This document shows, one piece after another, positions 1 to 9,212 of a DNA stretch of 64,000 bases. The DNA is from Parabacteroides sp. (GTDB taxonomy: Bacteria > Bacteroidota > Bacteroidia > Bacteroidales > Tannerellaceae): positions 74,071-138,070 of the forward strand of contig JAFYOM010000014.1 of the NCBI GenBank assembly GCA_017560165.1, written 5' to 3'. The notes under the pieces are model-generated. The model did not search any database and was not told where the DNA came from. It was given only the letters and a program-made list of their open reading frames with translations. Each line of letters starts with the position of its first letter. The first letter of the stretch is position 1. A program made the translations under genes and the position numbers.

Positions 1-201
1 GAATTAATATCGAAATTCGAAATTGTTTATGTGAACACGATGAAGATAGTATCACCGTCTGTTGATACATTAATATCAAACATTAAAACATGTTTGTTTG
101 AAACTCCACACAATCGAGTTTCGAATGAATTTGATTATTCACATATTACAATGTGTCGTGATTACGAAAAACTGGTAATGAGCAATATATTCTCAATATA
201 A
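1..201 (+). CDS. hypothetical protein, 3' part (truncated by window edge)
   Basis: Frame 1 is open from base 1 to TAA at 199-201 (ELISKFEIVY...SNIFSI*). Confidence 0.55.
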   Translation, partial: ELISKFEIVYVNTMKIVSPSVDTLISNIKTCLFETPHNRVSNEFDYSHITMCRDYEKLVMSNIFSI

Positions 202-206
202 TTATA

Positions 207-803
207 ATGGAGGAAATAAATATGATCGAAGGTAGCTCTTGGAAAATAAAATATATTGATCCAAAAAATGGTGATGAATATTTATATACGTTATACAGGA
301 GATCTGATAATTGGAATAGTTATTATTTTTCAAAATATAAACTTGTTAATGGTAGGCTGCATAGGAATGACGATGATGAATTCACTATAGTTACAGAAAA
401 CTGCGATGATATTGAGAAAATAACAGAGGCTCCAAAACATTATTTTGATTATATGTTTAAATCACAAACTTCAAGATTGTACAATGTAGGATTTGAAGTT
501 TATAAGCCTGATGAAGGTGACACAAATATTCGTATTAACTACAACAGATCATCAAAAGTTTATTCGGATGACATAGACAACATCATAGACGATTATAAAT
601 CGATGAACTTTGAAGATGATATTATCCTGTATGAGAAAGAAGAAAAGATATTGTCATCGGATACACTCTTGTCCAATCCATCTAAAAAATATTGGGTTCG
701 TATTTTAATATGGGTGGAATATGGAAAATCTCTTGATGATATGAAAGATGATATAATATCTTTCATAAATAAAAACCTTGACAATGACAATGATTCTGAA
801 TAA
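207..803 (+). CDS. hypothetical protein
   Basis: 198-aa ORF; GGAGG RBS suggests the start is ATG 222; followed by a GC hairpin. Confidence 0.7.
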   Translation: MEEINMIEGSSWKIKYIDPKNGDEYLYTLYRRSDNWNSYYFSKYKLVNGRLHRNDDDEFTIVTENCDDIEKITEAPKHYFDYMFKSQTSRLYNVGFEVYKPDEGDTNIRINYNRSSKVYSDDIDNIIDDYKSMNFEDDIILYEKEEKILSSDTLLSNPSKKYWVRILIWVEYGKSLDDMKDDIISFINKNLDNDNDSE

Positions 804-811
804 AATGATTG

Positions 812-842
812 ATATTGGGGCCACATGGCCCCAATATTTTTT
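812..842. terminator. hairpin terminator between convergent genes
   Basis: ATATTGGGGCCA-CA-TGGCCCCAATAT followed by a T run. Confidence 0.75.
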
Positions 843-848
843 CATTAT

Positions 849-1124
849 TCATATTTGTATTTTGTTTTGTTTTAATCTCACATAACAGTCGACATACATC
901 TCATTCTTTTCAAAGTTATATGTTACTTCGTAATACTTTCCATCTGAAAGAGTTGTAGATATCATCGCTTTCTGATTTCCAAGAATATATGAATGAGATA
1001 CGACATACACATCATCTATTGATATTTTTACATCATCCGTTGGATCAAGTCCTTCTTTCACCATTTGCAGAACCTGGAATTTTGCAACACGTAAGAACTC
1101 TTCCGAACCCGATATTTTAGCCAT
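849..1124 (-). CDS. DUF6275-like phage protein
   Basis: Motif VYVV..(N)QKAMISTTLSDGKYYEVTYN..KNEMYVDCY matches this recalled phage family. Confidence 0.65.
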   Translation of the reverse strand: MAKISGSEEFLRVAKFQVLQMVKEGLDPTDDVKISIDDVYVVSHSYILGNQKAMISTTLSDGKYYEVTYNFEKNEMYVDCYVRLKQNKIQI

Positions 1125-1423
1125 TAATAAACCCCTCCAGTTGGATCATCCGTACCGTGTTTAACACGCTCATGTTCTTCAGCACGTTTTCCATTATTAA
1201 AACGATCCAGAGTCCCGACTAAATACCCTGTGATGCGGCGTATACGCACCATCGGTTTGGAATGTTTATGTGTTTCGATCTTAACAAATCCTTCATCATC
1301 AAATGTGAGAATTATTTCATCAATAATATCATTTGGATATTTTTTAGTCACGCATTTTTTGTATGCCGTTAACTCTTCTTCTGATATTGTTGAGATATCT
1401 CCGTTTGTTAATGTTATTTTCAT
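1124..1423 (-). CDS. stand-alone NrdD-type glycyl-radical domain protein
   Basis: About 100 aa with C-terminal RIRRITGYLVGTLDRFNNGKRAEEHERVKH, the class III RNR glycyl-radical loop; GGAG RBS upstream of ATG 1423. Confidence 0.8.
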   Translation of the reverse strand: MKITLTNGDISTISEEELTAYKKCVTKKYPNDIIDEIILTFDDEGFVKIETHKHSKPMVRIRRITGYLVGTLDRFNNGKRAEEHERVKHGTDDPTGGVY

Positions 1424-1440
1424 AATAAACAACTCCTTTG

Positions 1441-1569
1441 TTATTTTTTATCATCATTATTATCTTCATCATCATCTTTGGGTTCACTCGGTCCGATTAT
1501 GAGTATTCCCATCACGATTAAGAATAATGAAATACATACAATCATTCCAATATTTATAATTTCATCCAC
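1441..1569 (-). CDS. small single-pass membrane protein (42 aa, not in ORF track)
   Basis: AAAGGAGG RBS then GTG; MDEIINIGMIVCISLFLIVMGILIIGPSEPKDDDEDNNDDKK*. Confidence 0.6.
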   Translation of the reverse strand: MDEIINIGMIVCISLFLIVMGILIIGPSEPKDDDEDNNDDKK

Positions 1570-1585
1570 GATAAAACCTCCTTTC

Positions 1586-1607
1586 TATATGTATATTATT
1601 AATATGA
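1586..1607 (+). promoter_or_regulatory. putative phage early promoter (TATATTAT motif)
   Basis: TATATGTATATTATTAATATGA; the same core precedes + strand clusters at 6326, 22896, 33476, 40301, 55342 and 60831; resembles the phiKZ early promoter TATATTAC. Confidence 0.6.
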
Positions 1608-1658
1608 TAAGTGAATATATCACATTATCAAAAAGTCATTTGAAAGGAAGTTATTAAA

Positions 1659-2189
1659 ATGAATGAAGGAAAATCAAAAGAGAACAACAAGGATTATGTG
1701 TTTGATGTATGGGGACACAAATTGCCATTAAAAGAAATACCCGATGAAAGGAAAGATAGTATGAACAATGGTGAATTAAGAAAACTTTTAAAAGAAACTC
1801 TGAAATGCCTCAAAATTATATGCGGGGGAATTGAACCAAAACCAGACGTTATTCGATCCGTTGAGAAATGTGCAAATGATATAGAGCAAGCTATAGAAAC
1901 CATCAAATTTGAGATGAATATCGAATATGGCAACACACATAAACCAATGGTCGTTGAATCATTCCCCAAAGTCATATTCAAGTCATATCCAGATGAATCA
2001 GGTAATTGGTATATTATTAGATGTGAATATATCGGAGAAACCAACAATGTGTATATTTATAAACTCGGAAGACGTCAGATATTAACTCCAGTTAGTTCCC
2101 CAGATGAACAATTTATAATGGTCAAGCTTTCGCAACGACCAACTGAAAACGATCTTGCAAATATATGGAAAGAGGCTGTAGGAAAATGA
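1659..2189 (+). CDS. hypothetical protein
   Basis: 176-aa ORF, GAAAGGAAG RBS. Confidence 0.7.
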   Translation: MNEGKSKENNKDYVFDVWGHKLPLKEIPDERKDSMNNGELRKLLKETLKCLKIICGGIEPKPDVIRSVEKCANDIEQAIETIKFEMNIEYGNTHKPMVVESFPKVIFKSYPDESGNWYIIRCEYIGETNNVYIYKLGRRQILTPVSSPDEQFIMVKLSQRPTENDLANIWKEAVGK

Positions 2190-2701
2190 AGAAAATCATT
2201 GGAACATTTATGTTGATCATATCAACAATATTATCAATCGTTGTGGGTATAGGCATGATTATTGTAAGTATACATATGCTGAAGATGTTATGGGGTGGAT
2301 CAATTAATCCAACATTGTGTATACAATTCATTGGCTTTGTTGGTGCGTTTGCATTATTATTCACATTATCAACAATATTCGGAAGATGGTGTGATGTTGA
2401 TGTACATATGATAGATGCATCAACGGCTCACCCATCAACAGAAGAAGATGAAGATTATGTTCGTCCAAATTCACCGATAATGACGAAGAGTGATGGAAAA
2501 GATAAAACCACATCATCATTATCCCTATCAGAATATATTGTCAATGGAAAGAAATGTAGCGAATTGCTTCAAGGAGTAATTGATTATGATGGAGCTTCGA
2601 TATATCCATCATCTAAGATGGGTGTATCAAGTGATCCCATGGTACGTCAGTATATTAACAATCTCAAAAGTAAAAATGAAAGGTTGAAAGATGATGAATA
2701 A
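2165..2701 (+). CDS. membrane protein
   Basis: Two N-terminal hydrophobic helices; likely start ATG 2186, overlapping the upstream stop. Confidence 0.65.
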   Translation: MERGCRKMKKIIGTFMLIISTILSIVVGIGMIIVSIHMLKMLWGGSINPTLCIQFIGFVGAFALLFTLSTIFGRWCDVDVHMIDASTAHPSTEEDEDYVRPNSPIMTKSDGKDKTTSSLSLSEYIVNGKKCSELLQGVIDYDGASIYPSSKMGVSSDPMVRQYINNLKSKNERLKDDE

Positions 2702-3599
2702 AAGACAAATAAAGAAGTTCTGCAAGAAAGGAGGTCATCACCATTTCGATTCGAACATTCGCAGAATGGTAAAGAAAAGAATGATGCATCCATTTGTCGG
2801 AAATGCTGGTGTTGCCCACTGCATTTCATGGTGTGAGATCGGTACATGTTTAACATGTTCGCATTGTACCGATGTCATGGTGGATTGGTCAGGTGAACCA
2901 TATGCATGTTATTCAACTAAGATCGGTTGTGGTGGTTCTGAAAAGTTTTCGTGCAAAAGATATCATTTCGATGAGAATCTGGAATATTTCAAACCGGAAA
3001 AAGTTCATCCAGAATCACCCGATTCTGACTTAAAGAAATACATCGAAGAACAAATTAATGATCTCCATAAAAATAGAAAACCGATTGAATATCCGGTTCA
3101 CAATGATGATTTATTTAATGATAAAGAAATATTAGATTATCTTGATAAACAGTATGAGGAACAAGAAGCTGTGAGTGGATCAAAACCAGGACCATTTACA
3201 GCGGAAGATTTCAAAGAAGCTCAACTTACGATTGAGAATGATTTGATGAATGAATTGGTTGAAAAGTTTAACACAGAAACAGAACTTTTTGCAATATTTA
3301 CAGAGGTATGGAGTACTCGACCGGACGTAGATATTAACGATAGATCGATTCATTATTTTGTCATGTATTCAGATAAGGCTGATATCTTTGAAATAGGTAA
3401 AAAGTATTTGCTCAAGGTTTATGATAAAACAAGATGTGCGATATGTGTTGAGAAGCGTCCTTCCAATGAAGTTACTTTCCTCAATGCGATCGTGCTTGAA
3501 GATGAGGATCCTTGTATGTGTTATGAATTTTCCGAATCAGATGGTGATAAATTCTTATGCAGCGGAGATCTCATAATAAAGGAGGACGAAAATGAATAA
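2691..3599 (+). CDS. Cys-rich hypothetical protein
   Basis: 302 aa; basic MNKRQIKKF N-terminus and CLTCSHC cluster. Confidence 0.7.
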   Translation: MMNKRQIKKFCKKGGHHHFDSNIRRMVKKRMMHPFVGNAGVAHCISWCEIGTCLTCSHCTDVMVDWSGEPYACYSTKIGCGGSEKFSCKRYHFDENLEYFKPEKVHPESPDSDLKKYIEEQINDLHKNRKPIEYPVHNDDLFNDKEILDYLDKQYEEQEAVSGSKPGPFTAEDFKEAQLTIENDLMNELVEKFNTETELFAIFTEVWSTRPDVDINDRSIHYFVMYSDKADIFEIGKKYLLKVYDKTRCAICVEKRPSNEVTFLNAIVLEDEDPCMCYEFSESDGDKFLCSGDLIIKEDENE

Positions 3600-4011
3600 A
3601 AATCATAAATATAATGACAAATTATACAACAACCCATATCTGTGTTATATAGTTGGAACATGTGAGATGGGATCCGAAGGTTTCTCATCATGTATGTATC
3701 CGATGATTGCATATGGCAACAATGATGATGAAATCGTTGAAAGTTATCGCGAAAATCTTATTCATGTATTTGGAGAAGATATCATCGGAAAAATAACATA
3801 TGGAAAAGATGGCGGAATGTTCTCATACTATCCAATTCATAAAGTTAAAATTCCATTGAATGTATATGGTGATGCACAAAGCATCTCTGTTCTTCTGAAT
3901 TTTAGAAAACATCGTGATGATTCAAATAAAAGAGAATTTGTAATATCAGAAGACATTGCATCAATAATTAAAACTGGTTCACTTATGATGAAGGAGAATA
4001 AAGATGAATAA
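3592..4011 (+). CDS. hypothetical protein
   Basis: 139 aa, AGGAGG RBS, overlaps neighbours. Confidence 0.7.
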   Translation: MNKNHKYNDKLYNNPYLCYIVGTCEMGSEGFSSCMYPMIAYGNNDDEIVESYRENLIHVFGEDIIGKITYGKDGGMFSYYPIHKVKIPLNVYGDAQSISVLLNFRKHRDDSNKREFVISEDIASIIKTGSLMMKENKDE

Positions 4012-4648
4012 AATAATACGTAAAGAGGATATTATCCGAAAGAGTGATGATAAGATATACTTTGATATTGAAAGGCTGGAAAAGGACGTTTCAGAAATGG
4101 TTAGTATGTCCGTAAATGGTTGTTTAAACATATTATGGAGAGAACGTCCTGATCTTGAACCTGAACGTGTTGCTATCCTTAAAGATGCGGAAGTGTTATC
4201 GAACGTAGTTATCGGAGAGGAGTGTGATCATGTCACAATCTGTAGTGGAAAATGTTATAATATAAAAGTGGACATACTAATTGAAGAATCATCAAATTAC
4301 TTTATTGAAATAAATCCCGAACGTTTACCGACCATCATCCCACTTTCATCATATTGTGCCTGGCGACCCCAATATTTTTATAAGTTTTATTCTGAAGAGA
4401 ATGATGATGGAATCCTCAAACCTGGAGATGTTATCAAGCTAACAACTAAGGATGATTATAGGGAATTACACGATGTACCATGCATTGTATCGAATTTATC
4501 ACAAACAAATCTCTACTTGGCCATAGCAGATCCAACATTGGTTAATAGTGCTTTTACAGGAAACTGTGTGACACACATTCTGATACCATCCGATTCTCTG
4601 ATGGATGGAAATATTAAAGAATTCAAAATAGAGAAGCTTGACATTTAG
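4004..4648 (+). CDS. hypothetical protein
   Basis: 214 aa, AAGGAG RBS. Confidence 0.7.
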   Translation: MNKIIRKEDIIRKSDDKIYFDIERLEKDVSEMVSMSVNGCLNILWRERPDLEPERVAILKDAEVLSNVVIGEECDHVTICSGKCYNIKVDILIEESSNYFIEINPERLPTIIPLSSYCAWRPQYFYKFYSEENDDGILKPGDVIKLTTKDDYRELHDVPCIVSNLSQTNLYLAIADPTLVNSAFTGNCVTHILIPSDSLMDGNIKEFKIEKLDI

Positions 4649-4654
4649 GAGGAA

Positions 4655-4861
4655 TTGAAAATGAAGGATATCATACTTAAATCACTAACGTTGTTTACTC
4701 TAATATTTGGATTCTTGTGTGGTTGCTTCGCATTAGCATTTGCAGGTCAATTGATATATTCAATATTCGATAATAAACCTTTATCAGAATCATGTTTCCA
4801 CATGATATTATCGATTTTAGGATGTTCTGTTGGATTTGCAATTTATGATAAAATAGAATAA
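4655..4861 (+). CDS. small membrane protein
   Basis: Two hydrophobic segments, AGGAGG RBS. Confidence 0.6.
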   Translation: MKMKDIILKSLTLFTLIFGFLCGCFALAFAGQLIYSIFDNKPLSESCFHMILSILGCSVGFAIYDKIE

Positions 4862-4867
4862 TAGGAG

Positions 4868-5059
4868 ATGATCAATATGTTACAATGGATATTAGATTTC
4901 TTCACAGAATATGTGAATACTCCAATGTATGAAAGAACACTTGGGCAAGATGCGTGGTTCATTGTTCTTATTGGTTTAATCGCGATCATTCTTGTTACAG
5001 TCGGCACAGTAGGTGCCGTATTAATATATAAACTCATTCAGTGGGTTAAAGGTAAATAA
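4868..5059 (+). CDS. small membrane protein
   Basis: One long hydrophobic segment, AGGAG RBS. Confidence 0.6.
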   Translation: MINMLQWILDFFTEYVNTPMYERTLGQDAWFIVLIGLIAIILVTVGTVGAVLIYKLIQWVKGK

Positions 5060-6267
5060 TGGAGGTAAATACAATGGAGATTAAGTACAAAGCCATATCG
5101 AACGAAACTGTATCTAAATTCAATGCTGAGGAATTTGTATCTGATTATCCGTACGTAATTAAGAACAAAGAAACTGGTGAAACTATCATTGGAACATTGT
5201 GTGAAGGAAATTATGAATATTTCTCATTAACATTTAATATATTTAATGAGGCTGGAGAAATGTCAGAATTTTCAATAAATGTAAATGAAGCAAACAAATA
5301 TGAATTTATGAAACCAATTACATGCGAGAATCTGTTCATGAAAGATTCAATAGAAGAAAAAGAAAATGTTCCGGATGAAATATCTAATGAAGAAAAAGAT
5401 GAATCAACTTCGGATAATAAATCAGATGGATCAAATGTTAATTCGATGGCAAAACGTTTTGGAACAGTATTAACAAGAACGATCGATTATAATAAAAAGG
5501 AAACAGTTGTTTCTGATAATACCAATCTGGATGATATAAATAAATTGTTTGGAGATCCAGGTGATAAGATTTCGGATTATGTATCAATAAAGAGATTCTA
5601 TTACAAACGAACATATGTGAAAAATGAGACGGAAGACACAGATACAATATCAATACTTATACCACATCCATTATCTATGGATTTTCCTTATGAAATGATT
5701 AAAGCTCTGGGTTACAAAATACATCCAATGTTTATTGATAAGGATGGAAATGTCAGAGATGAAATATACATTGGAAAGTTAGTTACTAAACTCGGTGAAA
5801 AAGATCTTTCAGATTCAATAACAATGTATATGGCTTCCGGATTGCAGATGTTATATTTCATTGAACATGGTTTAAAGCGAACATCTACAGATTTTCATGG
5901 AATACGTGCTTTGTATGGTAGATACTACGTCAAGATCTCTGATACATATTTTGACGAAGATAATTATTTGATTATAGGTGACAAAAACACATACATCAAA
6001 GCTTGTGTTGAAAGTGGATTTATCACCAGATTCAAGCAATTTGAGGATTTTAGGGAATGCTTATTTATTCCAGAGAATTGTGATGAAAATAATGAAGATT
6101 TGTGTGATTCATGTTATTATTGCCCATCTAAAGATGAATGTAATCCTCTGATGTTGGGTGGTCGCTGGACTATTAGCTCTGATGCAGGTGCGTTCTATTG
6201 GGATTGTAGTATTGCTTCGTCGTATGCGGCTGCACATATCGGTACACGTTTATGGTATTACATATAA
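5059..6267 (+). CDS. remote DGR target protein 2 (divergent C-type-lectin/FGE-like domain with C-terminal VR)
   Basis: Motifs IKRFYYK, YKIHPMF, LQMLYFIEHG, FHGIRALYG and LGGRW..AGAFYW..IGTRL are colinear with IPKFYYK, YKLHPAF, IQMLFAVEYG, WRGIENFWG and LGGRW..AGAFYW..IGARL of the 1722-aa target. Confidence 0.85.
   Translation: MEVNTMEIKYKAISNETVSKFNAEEFVSDYPYVIKNKETGETIIGTLCEGNYEYFSLTFNIFNEAGEMSEFSINVNEANKYEFMKPITCENLFMKDSIEEKENVPDEISNEEKDESTSDNKSDGSNVNSMAKRFGTVLTRTIDYNKKETVVSDNTNLDDINKLFGDPGDKISDYVSIKRFYYKRTYVKNETEDTDTISILIPHPLSMDFPYEMIKALGYKIHPMFIDKDGNVRDEIYIGKLVTKLGEKDLSDSITMYMASGLQMLYFIEHGLKRTSTDFHGIRALYGRYYVKISDTYFDEDNYLIIGDKNTYIKACVESGFITRFKQFEDFRECLFIPENCDENNEDLCDSCYYCPSKDECNPLMLGGRWTISSDAGAFYWDCSIASSYAAAHIGTRLWYYI
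6154..6254 (+). repeat. DGR variable repeat VR2
   Basis: In the core 6160-6242 there are 16 mismatches at TR adenines and 1 at a non-A; a few synonymous non-A changes at the edges. Confidence 0.85.
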
Positions 6268-6282
6268 TAAATCAATGAATAG

Positions 6283-6341
6283 AGGTGGGCATAATGCCCA
6301 CCTTATTTTTTCTTCTTTTCATATGTATATTATTTATATGA
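6283..6341 (+). promoter_or_regulatory. terminator hairpin plus TATATTAT promoter cassette
   Basis: AGGTGGGCA-TAA-TGCCCACCT, T run, then TATATTAT; 6297-6334 is identical to 60802-60839. Confidence 0.65.
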
Positions 6342-6380
6342 CATCAAAATCAAATTTAATCTTACAGATGTCAGAAAGGA

Positions 6381-6746
6381 ATGTTTAAAATGAAATCAAG
6401 AGTCAAAGACTGTGTAAAATGTCGAGAGGATATCAAAGCGGAAGTACAGTATGAGATGTTCAACAATGCAGTATTCTCAATATCCCAATCCATTCTCGCG
6501 ATGGCAATATGGGTATTGGAATATGAAGGAAAGACAGAAGAAGAAATCAAAAAGTTCATAAACGATTTCAATTTCATATCTTCGACACAGACGGTGTTTG
6601 GCAAAAAGCTAAATGCCACAGATGCAATAGAAGAATATTCTAAGAAGTATGATTTTGATTTCGACAAACTTGATTTTCATATCGAAACCAAATATAACTT
6701 TTTCAAGAGATATAATAAGGAGGTAAGAAAATATGTTAACAAATGA
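6381..6746 (+). CDS. hypothetical protein
   Basis: 121 aa, GAAAGGA RBS. Confidence 0.65.
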   Translation: MFKMKSRVKDCVKCREDIKAEVQYEMFNNAVFSISQSILAMAIWVLEYEGKTEEEIKKFINDFNFISSTQTVFGKKLNATDAIEEYSKKYDFDFDKLDFHIETKYNFFKRYNKEVRKYVNK

Positions 6747-7656
6747 GAATTTTACATTGGTAAGACGTGTAACTGATAGAGTATGCGTCGTTGTGGATAA
6801 CGTGAAAATCACGTATAAAAACGAAGAACCTCGTCTTGATATAGATGATAAAATATATAGAATCTCCGAAACAGATTGTGGTGGAGGATTATTAGAATCC
6901 CATGGGACATTGGTGCTGAGATCAAACGTGATAGATGGGGATACATTCTATGATAAATACAAAACAAGACATGATAAACTCGAAGCATTAATCGGTATAT
7001 ATTTCGGAATATCTCCAATAATATCATATACTGTAGGAGAAGATGGGTTTTCAACCAATGACTTCAGAATGATCTGTGATCATGCACATCGTGTATGGAG
7101 TAACAGATTACACTCACGACCGGTAGATTATAAGATAATATATCAGTGTGATGAAACTCCATTACGCATTCCAAATCATACTGATATAGAAATATATGAA
7201 TCTGATTTCTCAGTATTCGGAATAAATTATGCACCAGAAATTCCGGGTGGATGTTTGGAGAACGGTGAAGAAAATGAAATATACTCAATCATTGATTGGT
7301 ATAAAGTTGAGAATATTGTATTCAACAATACTAAAACTCCAACAAAGATAATACGTCTGACACCGGATGAAGGTCATGGAAGTATAAAACCAGTATCTCC
7401 AGCATTACAATTCTTAATCCATAATACAGATGATAATGGAGTTAATAGATTCATCAATGATGACATATTCAATGGTGAAGATGAAAACACAACCAATATG
7501 GTTTTATTAACAATCTTCTACAAAATGAAACGTGGTAAAAGCGGTAAACTTAATCCGATTCCAATCTTGATATTATCAAAAACTTCACAATATCAAAAAT
7601 CCCTTAATAAAAAGAAACTTGAAAGACTTGAAAGAGGTGATAATAACGAGAATTAA
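6733..7656 (+). CDS. hypothetical protein
   Basis: 307 aa, AAGGAGGT RBS. Confidence 0.7.
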   Translation: MLTNENFTLVRRVTDRVCVVVDNVKITYKNEEPRLDIDDKIYRISETDCGGGLLESHGTLVLRSNVIDGDTFYDKYKTRHDKLEALIGIYFGISPIISYTVGEDGFSTNDFRMICDHAHRVWSNRLHSRPVDYKIIYQCDETPLRIPNHTDIEIYESDFSVFGINYAPEIPGGCLENGEENEIYSIIDWYKVENIVFNNTKTPTKIIRLTPDEGHGSIKPVSPALQFLIHNTDDNGVNRFINDDIFNGEDENTTNMVLLTIFYKMKRGKSGKLNPIPILILSKTSQYQKSLNKKKLERLERGDNNEN

Positions 7657-7933
7657 GTGCCGTCCACATAGAGGGTCCCTTGAAGAATCAATGGCTCTAC
7701 AAAAGGAATTCCATTCGATTGAAGAAATGTTCAAATACATTGAAAGCGAATCATATGCTTCGTTTGCAGGAATTCGTTTGTACAAGGCCGAAGATCTCTC
7801 AATAGGTGAAAGCCTTGGAAAAGATGATCGTATTGATTGGAAAGAAACACGTTATATTCTTACCAAAAGATGCGGTATGGTGACATATGACACGCCACAA
7901 TGCATAGGCATGTGTTCGATTGAGGAGGAATAA
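7619..7933 (+). CDS. hypothetical protein
   Basis: 104-aa ORF within operon; start uncertain. Confidence 0.6.
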   Translation: MKDLKEVIITRIKCRPHRGSLEESMALQKEFHSIEEMFKYIESESYASFAGIRLYKAEDLSIGESLGKDDRIDWKETRYILTKRCGMVTYDTPQCIGMCSIEEE

Positions 7934-7935
7934 TT

Positions 7936-8334
7936 ATGAGAAACATTGCCGCAGATCTTGCATTTCTGAAATGTATTTTAACAATGCTTATTCAAAATGA
8001 TGATGTTGAAACAAAATTTGCAAAAGCCGCAGTAATTATATATAATCAAATAGGACCAAAACAATTTAATTTGCAGAAAGCAAGGGATATTTCGGATAGT
8101 GTGAATCCAGTATTGGCAACATCTGTAGCTAAAGGATTTATGGATCTGATAGAAACAGTTGGCAAAGAAAGGGGGATTGAGATATTTGAAATAACCCTAA
8201 GGGAACAAATCAGAAAAGTAACAGGCCAAACCGATGCTGAATTAAATAATGAATTAATACATGCGTCGGCCATAACGGAGTTAATGATCAATGGAATCCA
8301 TATAGATGAAAATGGAGGTATTGTAAATGAATAA
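7936..8334 (+). CDS. hypothetical protein
   Basis: 132 aa, GAGGAGG RBS. Confidence 0.65.
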   Translation: MRNIAADLAFLKCILTMLIQNDDVETKFAKAAVIIYNQIGPKQFNLQKARDISDSVNPVLATSVAKGFMDLIETVGKERGIEIFEITLREQIRKVTGQTDAELNNELIHASAITELMINGIHIDENGGIVNE

Positions 8335-8429
8335 ACGAATCAAAAAGGAACATTTGAAAAATAAATCAAAAATTCTTTTAGAAAAACGAAATGTTACAAT
8401 ATCAAACCTAAGAAGGAGGAGGAAGAATA

Positions 8430-9212
8430 ATGCCAAAAAATTATAAATTCCAAATATTGTGGAGTACAAAAATGACTCCGGAAGATATCAAGAAAGCGGT
8501 TGATGATGAACGCATCAATCAATTGATTTTGAAGGGTATGTTCCGATGTAGAATTGGGTCATTGGTGAAAGAACTCATGGCGGGCGTTCCAACTGTTAGG
8601 GATGTGGTTGTTGCACCATCAGAACCACATGGGCTTATTTCAGACATATATAAAGAGGAAGATTGTTGGTTTGGGGATGTTGAAATCCCATCAATTAATG
8701 GATGGGTAGATATTGTAAATAATATGATAGATCCAGTATTACATCCATTAGCAACCACGGATGGAAAAATATACAGGATAGTTCACTTTGCAATTATAGA
8801 GAAATCCATGCTCGATCCAAATCGTGTATATGATGGAATACACCATGAAGTACCAAGTCATTTCGATGGTGATACCATAAATGTTCTTAAAATCAAGGAA
8901 GGGGAATGTAAATTGGAAAAGTTATTCTATATTGAAATTGAAAGTACAACATATCGAAATTTCGGAACATCAATAATTGTAAAAGCAGTTGATATAAATC
9001 ATGCGTATGTGACATTCTGGAATCAAATACTAAATGATGATAGTATCGATATTTCGGACGACTGGTGTGACCCATTGTTTGAGAATGACGATATTTCAAA
9101 TTGGGTTATTGATTCTTCTGATGATAAGCATACAACATACAAAAGACTGGGTAAAGATTTCATAATACGTGTCAAAGAATTGGACATGTCAAAAGGATAT
9201 GCATTGGTTTGA
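8430..9212 (+). CDS. hypothetical protein
   Basis: 260 aa, AGGAGGAGG RBS. Confidence 0.7.
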   Translation: MPKNYKFQILWSTKMTPEDIKKAVDDERINQLILKGMFRCRIGSLVKELMAGVPTVRDVVVAPSEPHGLISDIYKEEDCWFGDVEIPSINGWVDIVNNMIDPVLHPLATTDGKIYRIVHFAIIEKSMLDPNRVYDGIHHEVPSHFDGDTINVLKIKEGECKLEKLFYIEIESTTYRNFGTSIIVKAVDINHAYVTFWNQILNDDSIDISDDWCDPLFENDDISNWVIDSSDDKHTTYKRLGKDFIIRVKELDMSKGYALV

